Source: an uncultured Dehalococcoidia bacterium (GTDB taxonomy: Bacteria > Chloroflexota > Dehalococcoidia > Lucifugimonadales > UBA1123). Taken from it: a stretch of DNA of 64,000 nt. The notes under the pieces were generated by a model. It was not told where the DNA came from and searched no databases. It worked only from the letters and a program-made list of their open reading frames with translations. The stretch covers positions 1,663,585 to 1,727,584 of the forward strand of contig OY282441.1 of the NCBI GenBank assembly GCA_958296105.1, in the 5' to 3' direction. Position 1 is the first letter of the stretch; each line of letters starts with the position of its first letter. Below are positions 54,900 to 64,000 of the stretch, piece by piece. The position numbers and the translations under genes are program-made.

Positions 54900-55904
54900 C
54901 TATGTCTCTGGCTCTATCTCTATCTCTGGCTCCGTAAGCTCAGATACCGATTTCACTCCGCCTATCCCCGTCGCCTGCTGGATTCCGCGCACGACCGCCC
55001 TGCTCACGCACACTGCCGCCGCCGCGCACAGGCGGTTCATGCTGACCTCGCCCCGTCGCTTTCTGGTAGCAAGCGCGAACAGCGTATCGCCGTCGCTCAT
55101 AAGGTGCGCCGGACGCACCGCCAGCGCCAGCCCGTCGTGAGCGACGGACGCCAGCTTGTTCGCCTGCGCCTTGCTCAGGTCGGCGTTGGTGGCGACCACG
55201 CCTATCGTGGTGTTCTCCCCTGTACCCGGGCGCGCCTCGACGAAGCCCGGATCGGTTATCAGCGACACGGAATCGAACATGGTAACGCCGTCATCCGCCA
55301 GCGGCCCGGCGACGATCTCGGCGGTGTCCGGATCCACCACGCCGCCAACTGCGTTCACCGCCACGATCGCGCCGACCACGAGGCCATCTCCCAGATCGAG
55401 GCTGGCGGTGCCGATGCCGCCCTTGACGCATCTGTGGCGTCCGAGCAGCTTGGCTGCGGTCGCGCCGGTGCCCGCTCCCACGCTGCCCTCGGTGACGAAG
55501 CCGGAGCTTGCCGCCGCGCACGCGAGACGTGCCTCCGCCGGTCCCGGACGGACGCTGGCGCTGACGAGTCCGAGATCGAACAGGACCGCAGCCGGAACTA
55601 TCGGGATGATGGCGCCGCCGAACTGAATTCCGACGCCCTTGTCCTCCAGATAGCTGGCGACTCCGGTGGCGGCGGCGAGTCCGAACGCGCTGCCGCCGGT
55701 CAGCAGGACTGCGTGGACACTGTCGATCATCGCGGTGGGCGCCAGCAGGTCGGTCTCCCGCGTGCCGGGAGCGGATCCCCGAACATCCACCCCGCCCACT
55801 GCGCCATCCTCGCACATCACCACCGTGCATCCTGTGGCGTTCTGCCTGTCGGTATAGTGTCCAACTCGCAAGCCGGTCACCGCTGTTATGCCATGCCCGT
55901 TCAA
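54900..55904 (-). CDS. P1/S58 family peptidase (DmpA/BapA-like aminopeptidase)
   Basis: 334 aa with GLRVGHYTD...TGCTVV ... GGVDVRGSAPGTRETDLL ... NTTIGVVATNA (self-processing region). Confidence 0.85.
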   Translation of the reverse strand: MNGHGITAVTGLRVGHYTDRQNATGCTVVMCEDGAVGGVDVRGSAPGTRETDLLAPTAMIDSVHAVLLTGGSAFGLAAATGVASYLEDKGVGIQFGGAIIPIVPAAVLFDLGLVSASVRPGPAEARLACAAASSGFVTEGSVGAGTGATAAKLLGRHRCVKGGIGTASLDLGDGLVVGAIVAVNAVGGVVDPDTAEIVAGPLADDGVTMFDSVSLITDPGFVEARPGTGENTTIGVVATNADLSKAQANKLASVAHDGLALAVRPAHLMSDGDTLFALATRKRRGEVSMNRLCAAAAVCVSRAVVRGIQQATGIGGVKSVSELTEPEIEIEPET

Positions 55905-56065
55905 TCAACCACCTCGCGCGCGTCTTAGCAGCATTCCGTACCCAAAAATCGCCGCGGCGGACTCCCTCCGCCGACAGACTGCCGTCCCGTGAGCCATTCT
56001 ATACAGAACCGCACCAGCGTCCAACTGGCAGAATATCAATCATCAGCGACTGTATCAACATACTC

Positions 56066-56151
56066 TGATCATAACTGCCGCGATCGACACGAGCAGTTCG
56101 AGCCATTCCACCCGCCCATACTCCACTGATTATAACTGCCCCGATTGACAC
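56066..56151 (+). promoter_or_regulatory. Pair of 25-nt direct repeats in a ~300-nt AT-richer intergenic region
   Basis: tgatcataactgccgcgatcgacac (56066-56090) and tgattataactgccccgattgacac (56127-56151), period 61 nt, each preceded by catactc. Confidence 0.35.
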
Positions 56152-56230
56152 CGTCTCATGCTCAACTTTAGAATGCAGGCACTTTCCACTGTGAGAATAC
56201 CCTAAAAAAGCTCTTTAGGAGGCTAGACTG

Positions 56231-56470
56231 ATGAACACCAAAGCCTATGTCTTGATAGAAACCGCCGTCGGCGAGTCGGGGGAAGTGACGACAGCCCTCG
56301 CATCACTGCCCGGCGTGGATACGGTGGACACTGTTACGGGCCCATACGACATCATAGCGGTGGTGTCCGCCAACGATCTGAACTCCGTAGGCGAGATCGT
56401 CACGCGCGAGATCCACACCGTCTCCGGAATCGTCAGGACGGTGACTTGCATGGTCATAGGCAGCTCCTAG
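56231..56470 (+). CDS. Stand-alone Lrp/AsnC ligand-binding (RAM) domain protein
   Basis: 79 aa: KAYVLIETAVGESGEVTTALASLPGVDTVDTVTGPYDIIAVV...IVRTVTCMV. AGGAGG RBS upstream. Confidence 0.8.
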   Translation: MNTKAYVLIETAVGESGEVTTALASLPGVDTVDTVTGPYDIIAVVSANDLNSVGEIVTREIHTVSGIVRTVTCMVIGSS

Positions 56471-56506
56471 ACTGGGGCTGCCTGCGTAAGACGAGTATTT
56501 CGAGAT

Positions 56507-56529
56507 GGGGCGCGCTGAATGTGCGCCCC
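56507..56529 (+). terminator. Weak candidate terminator hairpin after the RAM-domain gene
   Basis: GGGGCGC-gctgaatgt-GCGCCCC, with no clear U tract. Confidence 0.25.
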
Positions 56530-56552
56530 ACGCCATTTACGGGGGCTGTCCA

Positions 56553-57677
56553 TTGGACCTTGGACTGAACGAGACTCAGCAGATGCTCAGGAACAGCGCG
56601 CGTGACTTCCTCGCGGCTGAGTGTCCCGCGTCTTACGTGCGCGACATGGAGCGAGACGAGCGAGGCTACACCCCCCAGATGTGGGACGCGCTCGCGGAGA
56701 TGGGCTGGCTTGGGCTGGCGCTCCCGACCGAGTACGGGGGGGAGGGCATGAGCTTCATGGAGCTTGCGATTCTGCTGGAAGAGATGGGCGGCGCGCTGCT
56801 GCCCGGTCCCTACTTCTCGACCGTGGTCATGGCGAGCGCCGCAATCGAGCGCGCAGGGTCGGACGAGCAGAAGCGCGAGTACCTAACGCGCATCGCCAGC
56901 GGGCAGCTCATCGCAACGCTCGCCATCACCGAGCCGAACGGGCTGTGGGACGCGGGCGGCATCGAGACGAGCGCCCGGGACGCGGGCGAGGCATACGTAA
57001 TCGACGGCGTCAAGCTGTACGTACCCAACGCGCACGTGTCCGACTGCGTCGTCGTGGCAGCGCGGACGGGTGACGACGCGGCGGACGTCAGCCTGTTCAT
57101 CGTGCCGTCGAACGCGGACGGGCTGAGCCAGACGCAGCTCCAGACGATAGCTTCCGACCGCCAGTCCGAGCTGGTATTCGACGGCGTCGAGCTTCCCAAG
57201 TCGGCGCTGCTCGGAGAAGCCGACGACGGCTGGGACACCATCCAGAAGGTCTTGGAATGGGGAGCGGTGGGCAAGTGCGCCGAGATGCTGGGGAGCGCTC
57301 AGCGAGTGCTGGACATGACGGTGGAGTACACGCGGCAGCGCATCCAGTTCGGCAGGGCTGTAGGCTCGTTCCAAGCCATACAGCACCACGTGGCGGATAT
57401 GGCGACCGACGTAGAGGGCTGCCGCCACATAACCTACAAAGCCGCGTGGACGCTGGCGCAGGGTATGGACGCCGCTCAGGAGGCGGCGATGTGCAAGGCG
57501 TGGGTGTCCGACGCCTGTCAGCGCGTCTGCGCGCTCGGCCACCAGTGCCACGGAGCGATCGGATTCACCAAGGAACACGACTTGCAGCTATACTCGCGCC
57601 GCGCGAAGGCAGCAGAGCTGATGTTCGGAGACGCCGCCTTCCACCTCGAAGGCGTGGCCTCTGCAATGGGGCTGTAA
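56553..57677 (+). CDS. Acyl-CoA dehydrogenase family protein
   Basis: I start at TTG 56553 ((M)DLGLNETQQMLRNSARDFL, a typical ACAD N-terminus). The track's ATG 56505 lies inside the hairpin. C-terminal FGDAAFHL. Confidence 0.88.
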   Translation: MDLGLNETQQMLRNSARDFLAAECPASYVRDMERDERGYTPQMWDALAEMGWLGLALPTEYGGEGMSFMELAILLEEMGGALLPGPYFSTVVMASAAIERAGSDEQKREYLTRIASGQLIATLAITEPNGLWDAGGIETSARDAGEAYVIDGVKLYVPNAHVSDCVVVAARTGDDAADVSLFIVPSNADGLSQTQLQTIASDRQSELVFDGVELPKSALLGEADDGWDTIQKVLEWGAVGKCAEMLGSAQRVLDMTVEYTRQRIQFGRAVGSFQAIQHHVADMATDVEGCRHITYKAAWTLAQGMDAAQEAAMCKAWVSDACQRVCALGHQCHGAIGFTKEHDLQLYSRRAKAAELMFGDAAFHLEGVASAMGL

Positions 57678-57734
57678 GGGGGCTGCAAGCCGCCAAAGGC
57701 ATGGGACCGAAATGACCTCGACCCTGACACGCAC

Positions 57735-60700
57735 ATGACCACGACATCATTCGTCCTGAAGCGTCTGGCGGACGACTGGAAACTTCTCGTGGCGATATTC
57801 ACGGGGATAACGGTCGCCGCCACACTTCTATCGGGCGCGCCAATCTACATCAGCACGCTCGAACGGCAGGGCATAAACACCGCCATAGACCGAGCCGACC
57901 AGTACTTCCTGAATATCTACGCCATAGCCCCATACGTCACACTGTCCAGAGAGTCGCTGGACACCACCGAGCAGGCGTTCGAGGACGCGGCGAACGGCAG
58001 CATAGCGGAGATATACCGCAGTCGAGAGCGCTATCTCAAGACGCCTACCTTCCTCGCAGGCACGGGCCGCGCGCCGCTGATTAGCGCGGACAGGATTACG
58101 GCCGACGCCAGCCGCGCCTCGCGGGGATACTTCCAGCACCTGACCAATCTCGCCGATCACGTCACCTTCAGAGAAGGGCGCATGGCTGGCGACGATGTCT
58201 CGTGGAGCGGCGGCCAGCCGAGTCTGGAAGCGGTGGTCAGCAGCCGCTCGGCGACGGCGTTCGGCCTCGAGGCGGGGGATGTGGTCGTGTTCACGCCCTC
58301 GCTGTCCGACCCGACGCGCGCGAGCGTGGAGATAGTCGGCATACTGGAAGTGACCGACCCCAGCGAAGAGTACTGGCAGCAGAACGCCAACATATACATA
58401 GACCCGTCCCCGCTGGACGAGATACCGGACGCTGGGGTCGAGGTGGATCCCAACGAGCCGCCGCTGCCGCTGTTCGTCAGCCGCAGCGCGCTGATCGAGG
58501 GCATAGGCGGCGCGTACCCCGGAACCCTGCTCACCTCCACTTGGTTCGTGTTCATAGACAAGGAGGGACTCAAGGGCTGGGACAAGACCGAGACCAGGGC
58601 GCGTCTGGCGGCCATGGAGTTCGAGGTATCGAGCGCGATGCAGGGTTCGGCAGTGCTGACGGGCATCGAAAGGCTGCTCGACAGATTCGAGCGGCGCAGC
58701 TTCTTCACCAGCGTGCCGCTGCTGGTGCTTCTGGTCGTGACCGCCGTCACCGTGCTGTACTACATCCTGATGATGGTGTCCTATCTCGTGTCCAGCCGAG
58801 AGAAGGACGTGGCTCTGCTGAGGAGCCGCGGGGTCGGCGCGTGGCGACTGTCGCACATCTACGCCGTAGAGGGGCTGGCGATTACGCTGATCGCCGCTGC
58901 GCTGGCGCCGTTCCTGGCGATGGGGGCTGTTGCGCTGGCGGGCAAGCTGGCTTACTTCCAAGAGATCACGCTGGGCGCGTTCCTGCCCGTCTCCATACAG
59001 TGGGAGGCGTTCGCCGTCTCCGCCGGCGCTGGGCTGCTGTGCATGGCGATCTACGTCATACCGGGCGTCGTCGGCGCGAGAACCGGACTGATCGTCCACA
59101 GGCTGCGCTCGTCCAGGCCGCCGTCCGCGCCCTTCTTCCAGCGCTACTACGTGGACGTTGGACTCATGGCTGTCGGCGGCCTCGTGTTCTGGGAGCTGTT
59201 CTCGCGCGGGCAGATAATCTCCGGCGGGCTGTTCGGCGAATCGGGGGTCAACGAGGCGCTGCTGTTCGCGCCGGTGCTGCTCCTGACCGTAGTCGCGCTG
59301 CTGTTCATGCGCTTCTTTCCGCTGATCGTGCGCTACCTGAGCGGAGACTCGCCCGCGCTGGCGCACCTGACAGGCTCGGCGGTCTTGGCGCTGCTGGCGG
59401 CAATGGCGATCATCGAGGCGGTCAGGGGCGGCGAGATGCTCGGCTGGGTCTTGCGCGTGGCGCATCTGGCAGCGATAGGCGCGCTGTACGCCGGGACGTG
59501 GAAGGCGAGGCGGCGCGTGTTCACAGTCGGCGGGTTCGCGGCGCAGACCGCGCTGATCGCGCTGTTCGTATATCGCTACGCGCCATCGCCCGACGCTGCC
59601 GCCTACGTTCCGACGGTCATGCTCGCCGCGCTGCCGCCTACGCAGCTGCTGTTCGTGGCGCTCCGAAGCCTATCGAAGGCGTATCCGGTCTGGGCGTCCC
59701 TCGCCATCTGGCGAATGGCGCGCAACCCGCTTCAGTACAGCTGGCTGGTGCTTCTGGTCGTCATGGTCACCGGGCTGGGGATTCTGGCGACCACCGTGGG
59801 CGGAACGCTCGACCGCTCATACGAGGAGCGCGTTCTGTACGAGGTGGCGGCAGACCTGCGGATAACGGGCGTCCCCTCGTACTCCACGCAGGGGAACGAG
59901 TCGATGAAGCGCAGGTATCTCGCCATGCCCGGCGTGTCCTCCGTATCCTTGGCCCTTCGCGGCGAGGGATCCGTAGGAGCCACCTATTCGGGCAACGCCT
60001 TCAACGTGCTGGCGGTGGAGTCGGAGGAGTTCCCATACATGTCTTGGTACAGGGACGATTTCTCCGTTCGCCCCCTTCCCCAAGTGATGAGCCTGCTCAG
60101 AACGGGCGCGAACCTGCCCGCCATCACGTTGCCCGAGGGCGCGGATACGCTCCACGTGTGGGCGAGGCCCGTAGAGGAGTATTCCAACATATACCTGTGG
60201 ATGGTGATTCAGGACAAGCGGGGGATCACGGAGACCATAACTTTCGGGCCAGTGATCGGCGCGGAGTGGGCGCTCATGGAGTCCCAAGTGCCGCGCCACC
60301 TGCAATCGCCGATGAGCTTGGTCAGCGTCCAGATATACGAGCCGGCATTCGGCCCCGGCGGCACCGCGGGGACGATACTCTTGGACGACATCCACGCCAC
60401 CGCCAACGGCGGCGAGACGCACATGCTGGACGACTTCGAGGGGCAGAACAACTGGACGCCGCTGTCCACTTCGATGATCTCGCGTGACACCATCGGGTTC
60501 ACGAGGCGGGAGGTCAAGAACGGCGAGAGATCGGGCGCGTTCGTATTCGGCAAGGACACGGACAGGGGCATACGCGGCTTCTACCGCAGTCCGAGCGGAG
60601 GCCCCGTGCCTGTGGTGGCGAGCGCGAGCTTCGCAAGGCGCACGGGAACCGCGGCGGGCGACTCGATCATAGTCAACGTCTTCAGCAGGCTGATTCCGGT

Positions 60701-61394
60701 GCGCATCATGGACACGGTCGACTACTTTCCCACGATGAATCCGGCGGGCAACGGCTTCCTGATCAGCGATCTGGAAGCTATACTCAGACACCTGAACATC
60801 CTCAGCCCCGTAGGCAGCATACACCCCAACGAGCTGCTGGTGGACGAGGCGCCGGGCGCAGAGGACGAGGTCTACAGGCTGGCGCTGTCTCTCGCGGCTG
60901 CGCCGGATATGGTTCATCACAGGGCGAGGCTGCTCGATGCCATCCGACTGGATCCGCTCATAACGGCGGGATGGCGCGCCATGATGCTCGTGGCTCTGTC
61001 CATCGTCATATTCGTGACGGCGCTCGGCTACGCAACCTATCTGCTGTCGTTCTCGGCGCGCAGCAGAAACGAGATGGGCTTCCTGCAAGCTCTCGGCTTC
61101 AGGCACGCTCAGATGACTCGCCTGCTCAGCGCCGAACATCTGGTGATCGCAGTCATTGGACTCGTGATAGGCACGGCGGCGGGCTTTGCGATGAGCAGCG
61201 TCATGGTATCCGCGCTTGCCATAACCGAAGACGGCAGGCCGGTGGTGCCGCCGTTCATACTGACGACCGACTGGGCGTACATGGCGGCAGTCTACGCGGC
61301 TATGTGCGCCATCTTCGTGGGCGCGCTGCTGTGGCTCGCGCGCTCGGTCACGCGGGTGAAGCTGCACGAGATGGCGCGCTTGGAGGGTGAGTAG
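57735..61394 (+). CDS. Giant FtsX/MacB-type ABC transporter permease (two FtsX 4-TM modules, large extracytoplasmic domains)
   Basis: 1219 aa. N-terminal TM, an FtsX-like block near aa 330-480 (SREKDVALLRSRGVGAWRL), further TMs, and a second block at the C-terminus (RNEMGFLQALGFRHAQMTRL). Confidence 0.8.
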   Translation: MTTTSFVLKRLADDWKLLVAIFTGITVAATLLSGAPIYISTLERQGINTAIDRADQYFLNIYAIAPYVTLSRESLDTTEQAFEDAANGSIAEIYRSRERYLKTPTFLAGTGRAPLISADRITADASRASRGYFQHLTNLADHVTFREGRMAGDDVSWSGGQPSLEAVVSSRSATAFGLEAGDVVVFTPSLSDPTRASVEIVGILEVTDPSEEYWQQNANIYIDPSPLDEIPDAGVEVDPNEPPLPLFVSRSALIEGIGGAYPGTLLTSTWFVFIDKEGLKGWDKTETRARLAAMEFEVSSAMQGSAVLTGIERLLDRFERRSFFTSVPLLVLLVVTAVTVLYYILMMVSYLVSSREKDVALLRSRGVGAWRLSHIYAVEGLAITLIAAALAPFLAMGAVALAGKLAYFQEITLGAFLPVSIQWEAFAVSAGAGLLCMAIYVIPGVVGARTGLIVHRLRSSRPPSAPFFQRYYVDVGLMAVGGLVFWELFSRGQIISGGLFGESGVNEALLFAPVLLLTVVALLFMRFFPLIVRYLSGDSPALAHLTGSAVLALLAAMAIIEAVRGGEMLGWVLRVAHLAAIGALYAGTWKARRRVFTVGGFAAQTALIALFVYRYAPSPDAAAYVPTVMLAALPPTQLLFVALRSLSKAYPVWASLAIWRMARNPLQYSWLVLLVVMVTGLGILATTVGGTLDRSYEERVLYEVAADLRITGVPSYSTQGNESMKRRYLAMPGVSSVSLALRGEGSVGATYSGNAFNVLAVESEEFPYMSWYRDDFSVRPLPQVMSLLRTGANLPAITLPEGADTLHVWARPVEEYSNIYLWMVIQDKRGITETITFGPVIGAEWALMESQVPRHLQSPMSLVSVQIYEPAFGPGGTAGTILLDDIHATANGGETHMLDDFEGQNNWTPLSTSMISRDTIGFTRREVKNGERSGAFVFGKDTDRGIRGFYRSPSGGPVPVVASASFARRTGTAAGDSIIVNVFSRLIPVRIMDTVDYFPTMNPAGNGFLISDLEAILRHLNILSPVGSIHPNELLVDEAPGAEDEVYRLALSLAAAPDMVHHRARLLDAIRLDPLITAGWRAMMLVALSIVIFVTALGYATYLLSFSARSRNEMGFLQALGFRHAQMTRLLSAEHLVIAVIGLVIGTAAGFAMSSVMVSALAITEDGRPVVPPFILTTDWAYMAAVYAAMCAIFVGALLWLARSVTRVKLHEMARLEGE

Positions 61395-64000
61395 GTGGCG
61401 CGCCTGATATCCAGACTGGTCACGGCGTGGCCGCAGGTGGCGCGCCGCGCCATCGCCAACTGGCGGCTGATGTCCACCGTCATCGTGGGCGTGCTGCTGG
61501 CGTCCGCGATCATGTCCGGCACCGTCATATACTTCGACGCGCTCAGAGAGCTGGCGCTCAAGAACGAGCTTGGCCGTCTGAGCGTGAACGAGACGAACAT
61601 AGCCATCAAGTCCGACAGAGGCCCCACCACCTACGCCGAAAGGGACAAAGTGGTCGGGGAGACCGAGAGGGAGATACGCGACCGAGTCTCATGGATGCTC
61701 AGAGACCGAACGAGCGGGGCGAAGACGGCGACCTTCTTCCTGTCCGAAGTGGGGTACGAGACCTTCGCCGACACCGACGGACCGCGAACCTTCTTCGGAC
61801 ACCTGCCCGACCTGTACGATCACGCCACCATACAGCCGGGCGGCCGCTCGTCCGGCGACGGACTCGTTCCAAGCCCTTACGGAGTCGTGACCATCGAGGC
61901 GGTCGTCCCGCTGGAGGCCGCGGAGGATATGGGCGTAACCGTAGGACACGTCATGGCAGCCGTCCCGTACTGGACGGACTCCTACCCATACATACACGTC
62001 CTCATCACGGGTACGTTCACGCGAGACGACCCGGACCACGAATTTTGGCATCTCAACGACAGGATATTCCTCGCGTCCACCGGAGACAGCTTCCAGACGC
62101 TCCCCTTCTATCTCACGGAGAGAGCCTACTACGAGATACTCGGAGACACCTTCGACCAGATGGACTCCACGTTCGGCTGGCTGCTGATGACCGACGTGGG
62201 CAGGCTGAACGCGCGCAACTCCACGTTCGCCCATCGCTCGATCAGGGCGATGGAGGACAGGCTTTCCACCAATCTGTTCAGCTATCGCCAGATCAGCGCG
62301 CTCGATGACGCGCTGCGCGAATACGACAGGCGGCTGTTCTTCTCCCGTCTGCCCATGTTCGTGATCCTAATTCTCATATCCGTGGTGATCCTGTACTACG
62401 TGGTTACGCTCTCGTCGCTGGTGGTCGAGCAGCAGAGGGGCGAGATAGTGCTTCTCAAGAGTCGCGGCGCCAGCGGCGCGCAGGTGCTGGCGGTCTACGT
62501 GCTGGAGGGGGTTACGATTGCGGTCTTGGCAATCGCGGCAGCCCCGCTGCTTGCGGCGACGGTCATCAGCCTGCTAGGCGCCACCCCCGCCTTCTCAGAC
62601 CTGAGCGGGGGGGCGAGGCTGGGCGTGGCGATCTCCCCGGCGGCGTACCTCATGAGCGCGGCCGGGGGGCTGCTCAGCTTCGCCGCCCTGATGGTGCCGG
62701 CGGTGCAGGCATCCCGCATGAGCGCAGCCACCTTCCGCCACCAGTCCGCGCGCCCATACACTCAGCCCTTCTATCAGCGCTTCTACCTAGACGTGCTGCT
62801 GCTGATCATCGGCGCGCTGCTGCTGAGGCAGCTTTCGGATCAGGGATCGGTGGTGGCGGTGGGGATATTCGGAGAGATCACCGTAGATCAGCTGCTGCTG
62901 GCGGTTCCTGCGGTCGTTCTCGTGGCGTCGGCGTTGGCGCTTCTCAGGCTGTTCCCGCTGTTCATGCGCGTCTCCAGCGCGCTGCTCTCGTCGTTCCTGT
63001 CCGCCGGTCTGGTGCTGGGCATCTGGCAGATGGCGCGCAACCCCACGCACTACGCGCGGCTGTCGCTTCTACTGATACTCATGACAGGGCTGGGCATCTT
63101 CGCCGCCAGCTTCGGAGGCACGCTCCAGCGCAGCTTCGAGGAGCGCGCGCTGTACTCGACGGGCGCGGACGTGCGCCTGGAAGGGACGCTGCTCAACACC
63201 AAGGGGGCATCCAAGCCGGTGCGCGAGTCTTACCAGAGCCTGCCGGACGTGCGCGAGGTGGCGCTGGCGTACAGGGGGTTCGGCTCCGACCTGTCCCGCC
63301 TGATCGCAGACAGCTACACCATGTTCGCAGTGGAGGGCGACCTGATAAAGGACATGGGCTGGTTCAGGGACGACTTTTCCGAGATATCCATGAGCTCGAT
63401 GCTGACGTCGCTCGCGCTCGATTCGCTTCCCGAGGGCCTGCCCATCCCCGCCGAGGCGGAGGCGATAGGCGTCATCGCAAGGGCAGACAGGCCGCACCCG
63501 AGCGTTACGCTGGCGGCTCGCGTGCGAGACTCCAACGGGCGACACTTCACGTACCCTCTCGGCGCGCTGAAGTCCGGCGAGTGGGAGTATCTGCGCTCGC
63601 CGCTCGCCCGCGTGGGCGCAGGGCTGGCGCAGGACAGCCTTCAGCCCGCGCCGCCCCTCTCTCTGGTATCGCTCACGCTGATCGAGACCGACTCGCGCAA
63701 TCGGCTGAGAGCGGGTTCGCTGGTGGTGGACGACATCCACGCGCTCATGCCGAGCGGCGAGACCCGCATCATCGAGCCTTTCGACTCGATAGCGGGCTGG
63801 AGCATGGTAAGGGCAGTTCCAGAAGCGCGCTCCGACGTTCTCAAGCCAGCCGACGGCCCCGGCGCGGCAAACTTCATCTGGGTCGAGGGCAGACCGCTGA
63901 TCAGCAGGGGCATCTTCTACGGGACGCCGCTGGAGCCGCTGCCCGCCATAGCCAGCGCCAGGTTCCTGCGCGTCAACGAGCATAGAATCGGCGAGACGAT
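61395..64000 (+). CDS. Second giant FtsX/MacB-type permease, 3' partial (runs off the right edge)
   Basis: Not in the ORF track because no stop lies in the window. GTG 61395 directly abuts the preceding TAG (TAGGTG). My translation gives VARLISRLVTAWPQVARRAIANWRLMSTVIVGVLLASAIMSG...QQRGEIVLLKSRGASGAQVLAVYVLEG..., and the frame stays open to 64000. Confidence 0.75.
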   Translation, partial: MARLISRLVTAWPQVARRAIANWRLMSTVIVGVLLASAIMSGTVIYFDALRELALKNELGRLSVNETNIAIKSDRGPTTYAERDKVVGETEREIRDRVSWMLRDRTSGAKTATFFLSEVGYETFADTDGPRTFFGHLPDLYDHATIQPGGRSSGDGLVPSPYGVVTIEAVVPLEAAEDMGVTVGHVMAAVPYWTDSYPYIHVLITGTFTRDDPDHEFWHLNDRIFLASTGDSFQTLPFYLTERAYYEILGDTFDQMDSTFGWLLMTDVGRLNARNSTFAHRSIRAMEDRLSTNLFSYRQISALDDALREYDRRLFFSRLPMFVILILISVVILYYVVTLSSLVVEQQRGEIVLLKSRGASGAQVLAVYVLEGVTIAVLAIAAAPLLAATVISLLGATPAFSDLSGGARLGVAISPAAYLMSAAGGLLSFAALMVPAVQASRMSAATFRHQSARPYTQPFYQRFYLDVLLLIIGALLLRQLSDQGSVVAVGIFGEITVDQLLLAVPAVVLVASALALLRLFPLFMRVSSALLSSFLSAGLVLGIWQMARNPTHYARLSLLLILMTGLGIFAASFGGTLQRSFEERALYSTGADVRLEGTLLNTKGASKPVRESYQSLPDVREVALAYRGFGSDLSRLIADSYTMFAVEGDLIKDMGWFRDDFSEISMSSMLTSLALDSLPEGLPIPAEAEAIGVIARADRPHPSVTLAARVRDSNGRHFTYPLGALKSGEWEYLRSPLARVGAGLAQDSLQPAPPLSLVSLTLIETDSRNRLRAGSLVVDDIHALMPSGETRIIEPFDSIAGWSMVRAVPEARSDVLKPADGPGAANFIWVEGRPLISRGIFYGTPLEPLPAIASARFLRVNEHRIGET

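Noticed and set aside
57828-61367. 545-aa and 516-aa minus-strand ORFs (57828-59465 and 59817-61367)
   Set aside because: Both are antisense to the giant FtsX permease, whose plus-strand translation shows TM helices and FtsX-module motifs. The minus-strand translations are Arg/His/Gln-rich nonsense.

Overview
GC-rich, densely coding bacterial chromosomal segment with many GTG/TTG starts and sigma70-like promoters. Gene content (rny, plsY, hrcA, class I aldolase plus a PPi-type PFK, a stand-alone nuoEFG-like module, lipoproteins with PT-rich linkers) and apparently leaderless promoters suggest a Chloroflexota-like lineage; this is inference only. Core content: mutS; a nuoE/F/G-like plus FNR-like operon; aspS; plsY; a PHP esterase; rny; ffh; hrcA; pxpA/pxpB/pxpC; tRNA-Pro(CGG); pfp-fba; nusA-ylxR-infB-rbfA-truB followed co-directionally by a double ABC-2 transporter; CoA-metabolism enzymes; an S9 peptidase; dmpA-panG-like-panB; and two giant FtsX-type permeases. 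I saw no rRNA, CRISPR array, transposase, integrase or phage gene. The unusual part is repeat biology. (i) At 16.9-21.2 kb, five head-to-tail paralogs of an uncharacterised protein each carry their own promoter. They differ almost only in the number (2, 5, 3, 6, 1) of a 21-nt heptad-coding unit, giving a coiled-coil length ladder of 216+7n aa. This is my top candidate for something undescribed. (ii) At 32.0-33.2 kb, a second tandem family of small membrane/coiled-coil ORFs with a variable (EARA)n tract sits between pxpA and pxpBC, bracketed by inverted REP-like palindromes. (iii) At 11.6-13.5 kb there is a decaying triplication of an Lrp/AsnC plus zinc-ribbon membrane gene pair. In-frame microsatellites also occur in an S9 peptidase ((DTG)13), a PT-rich surface protein and NusA. 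All functional calls come from by-eye motif recognition on the supplied translations and my own reading of the DNA; no database search was run.
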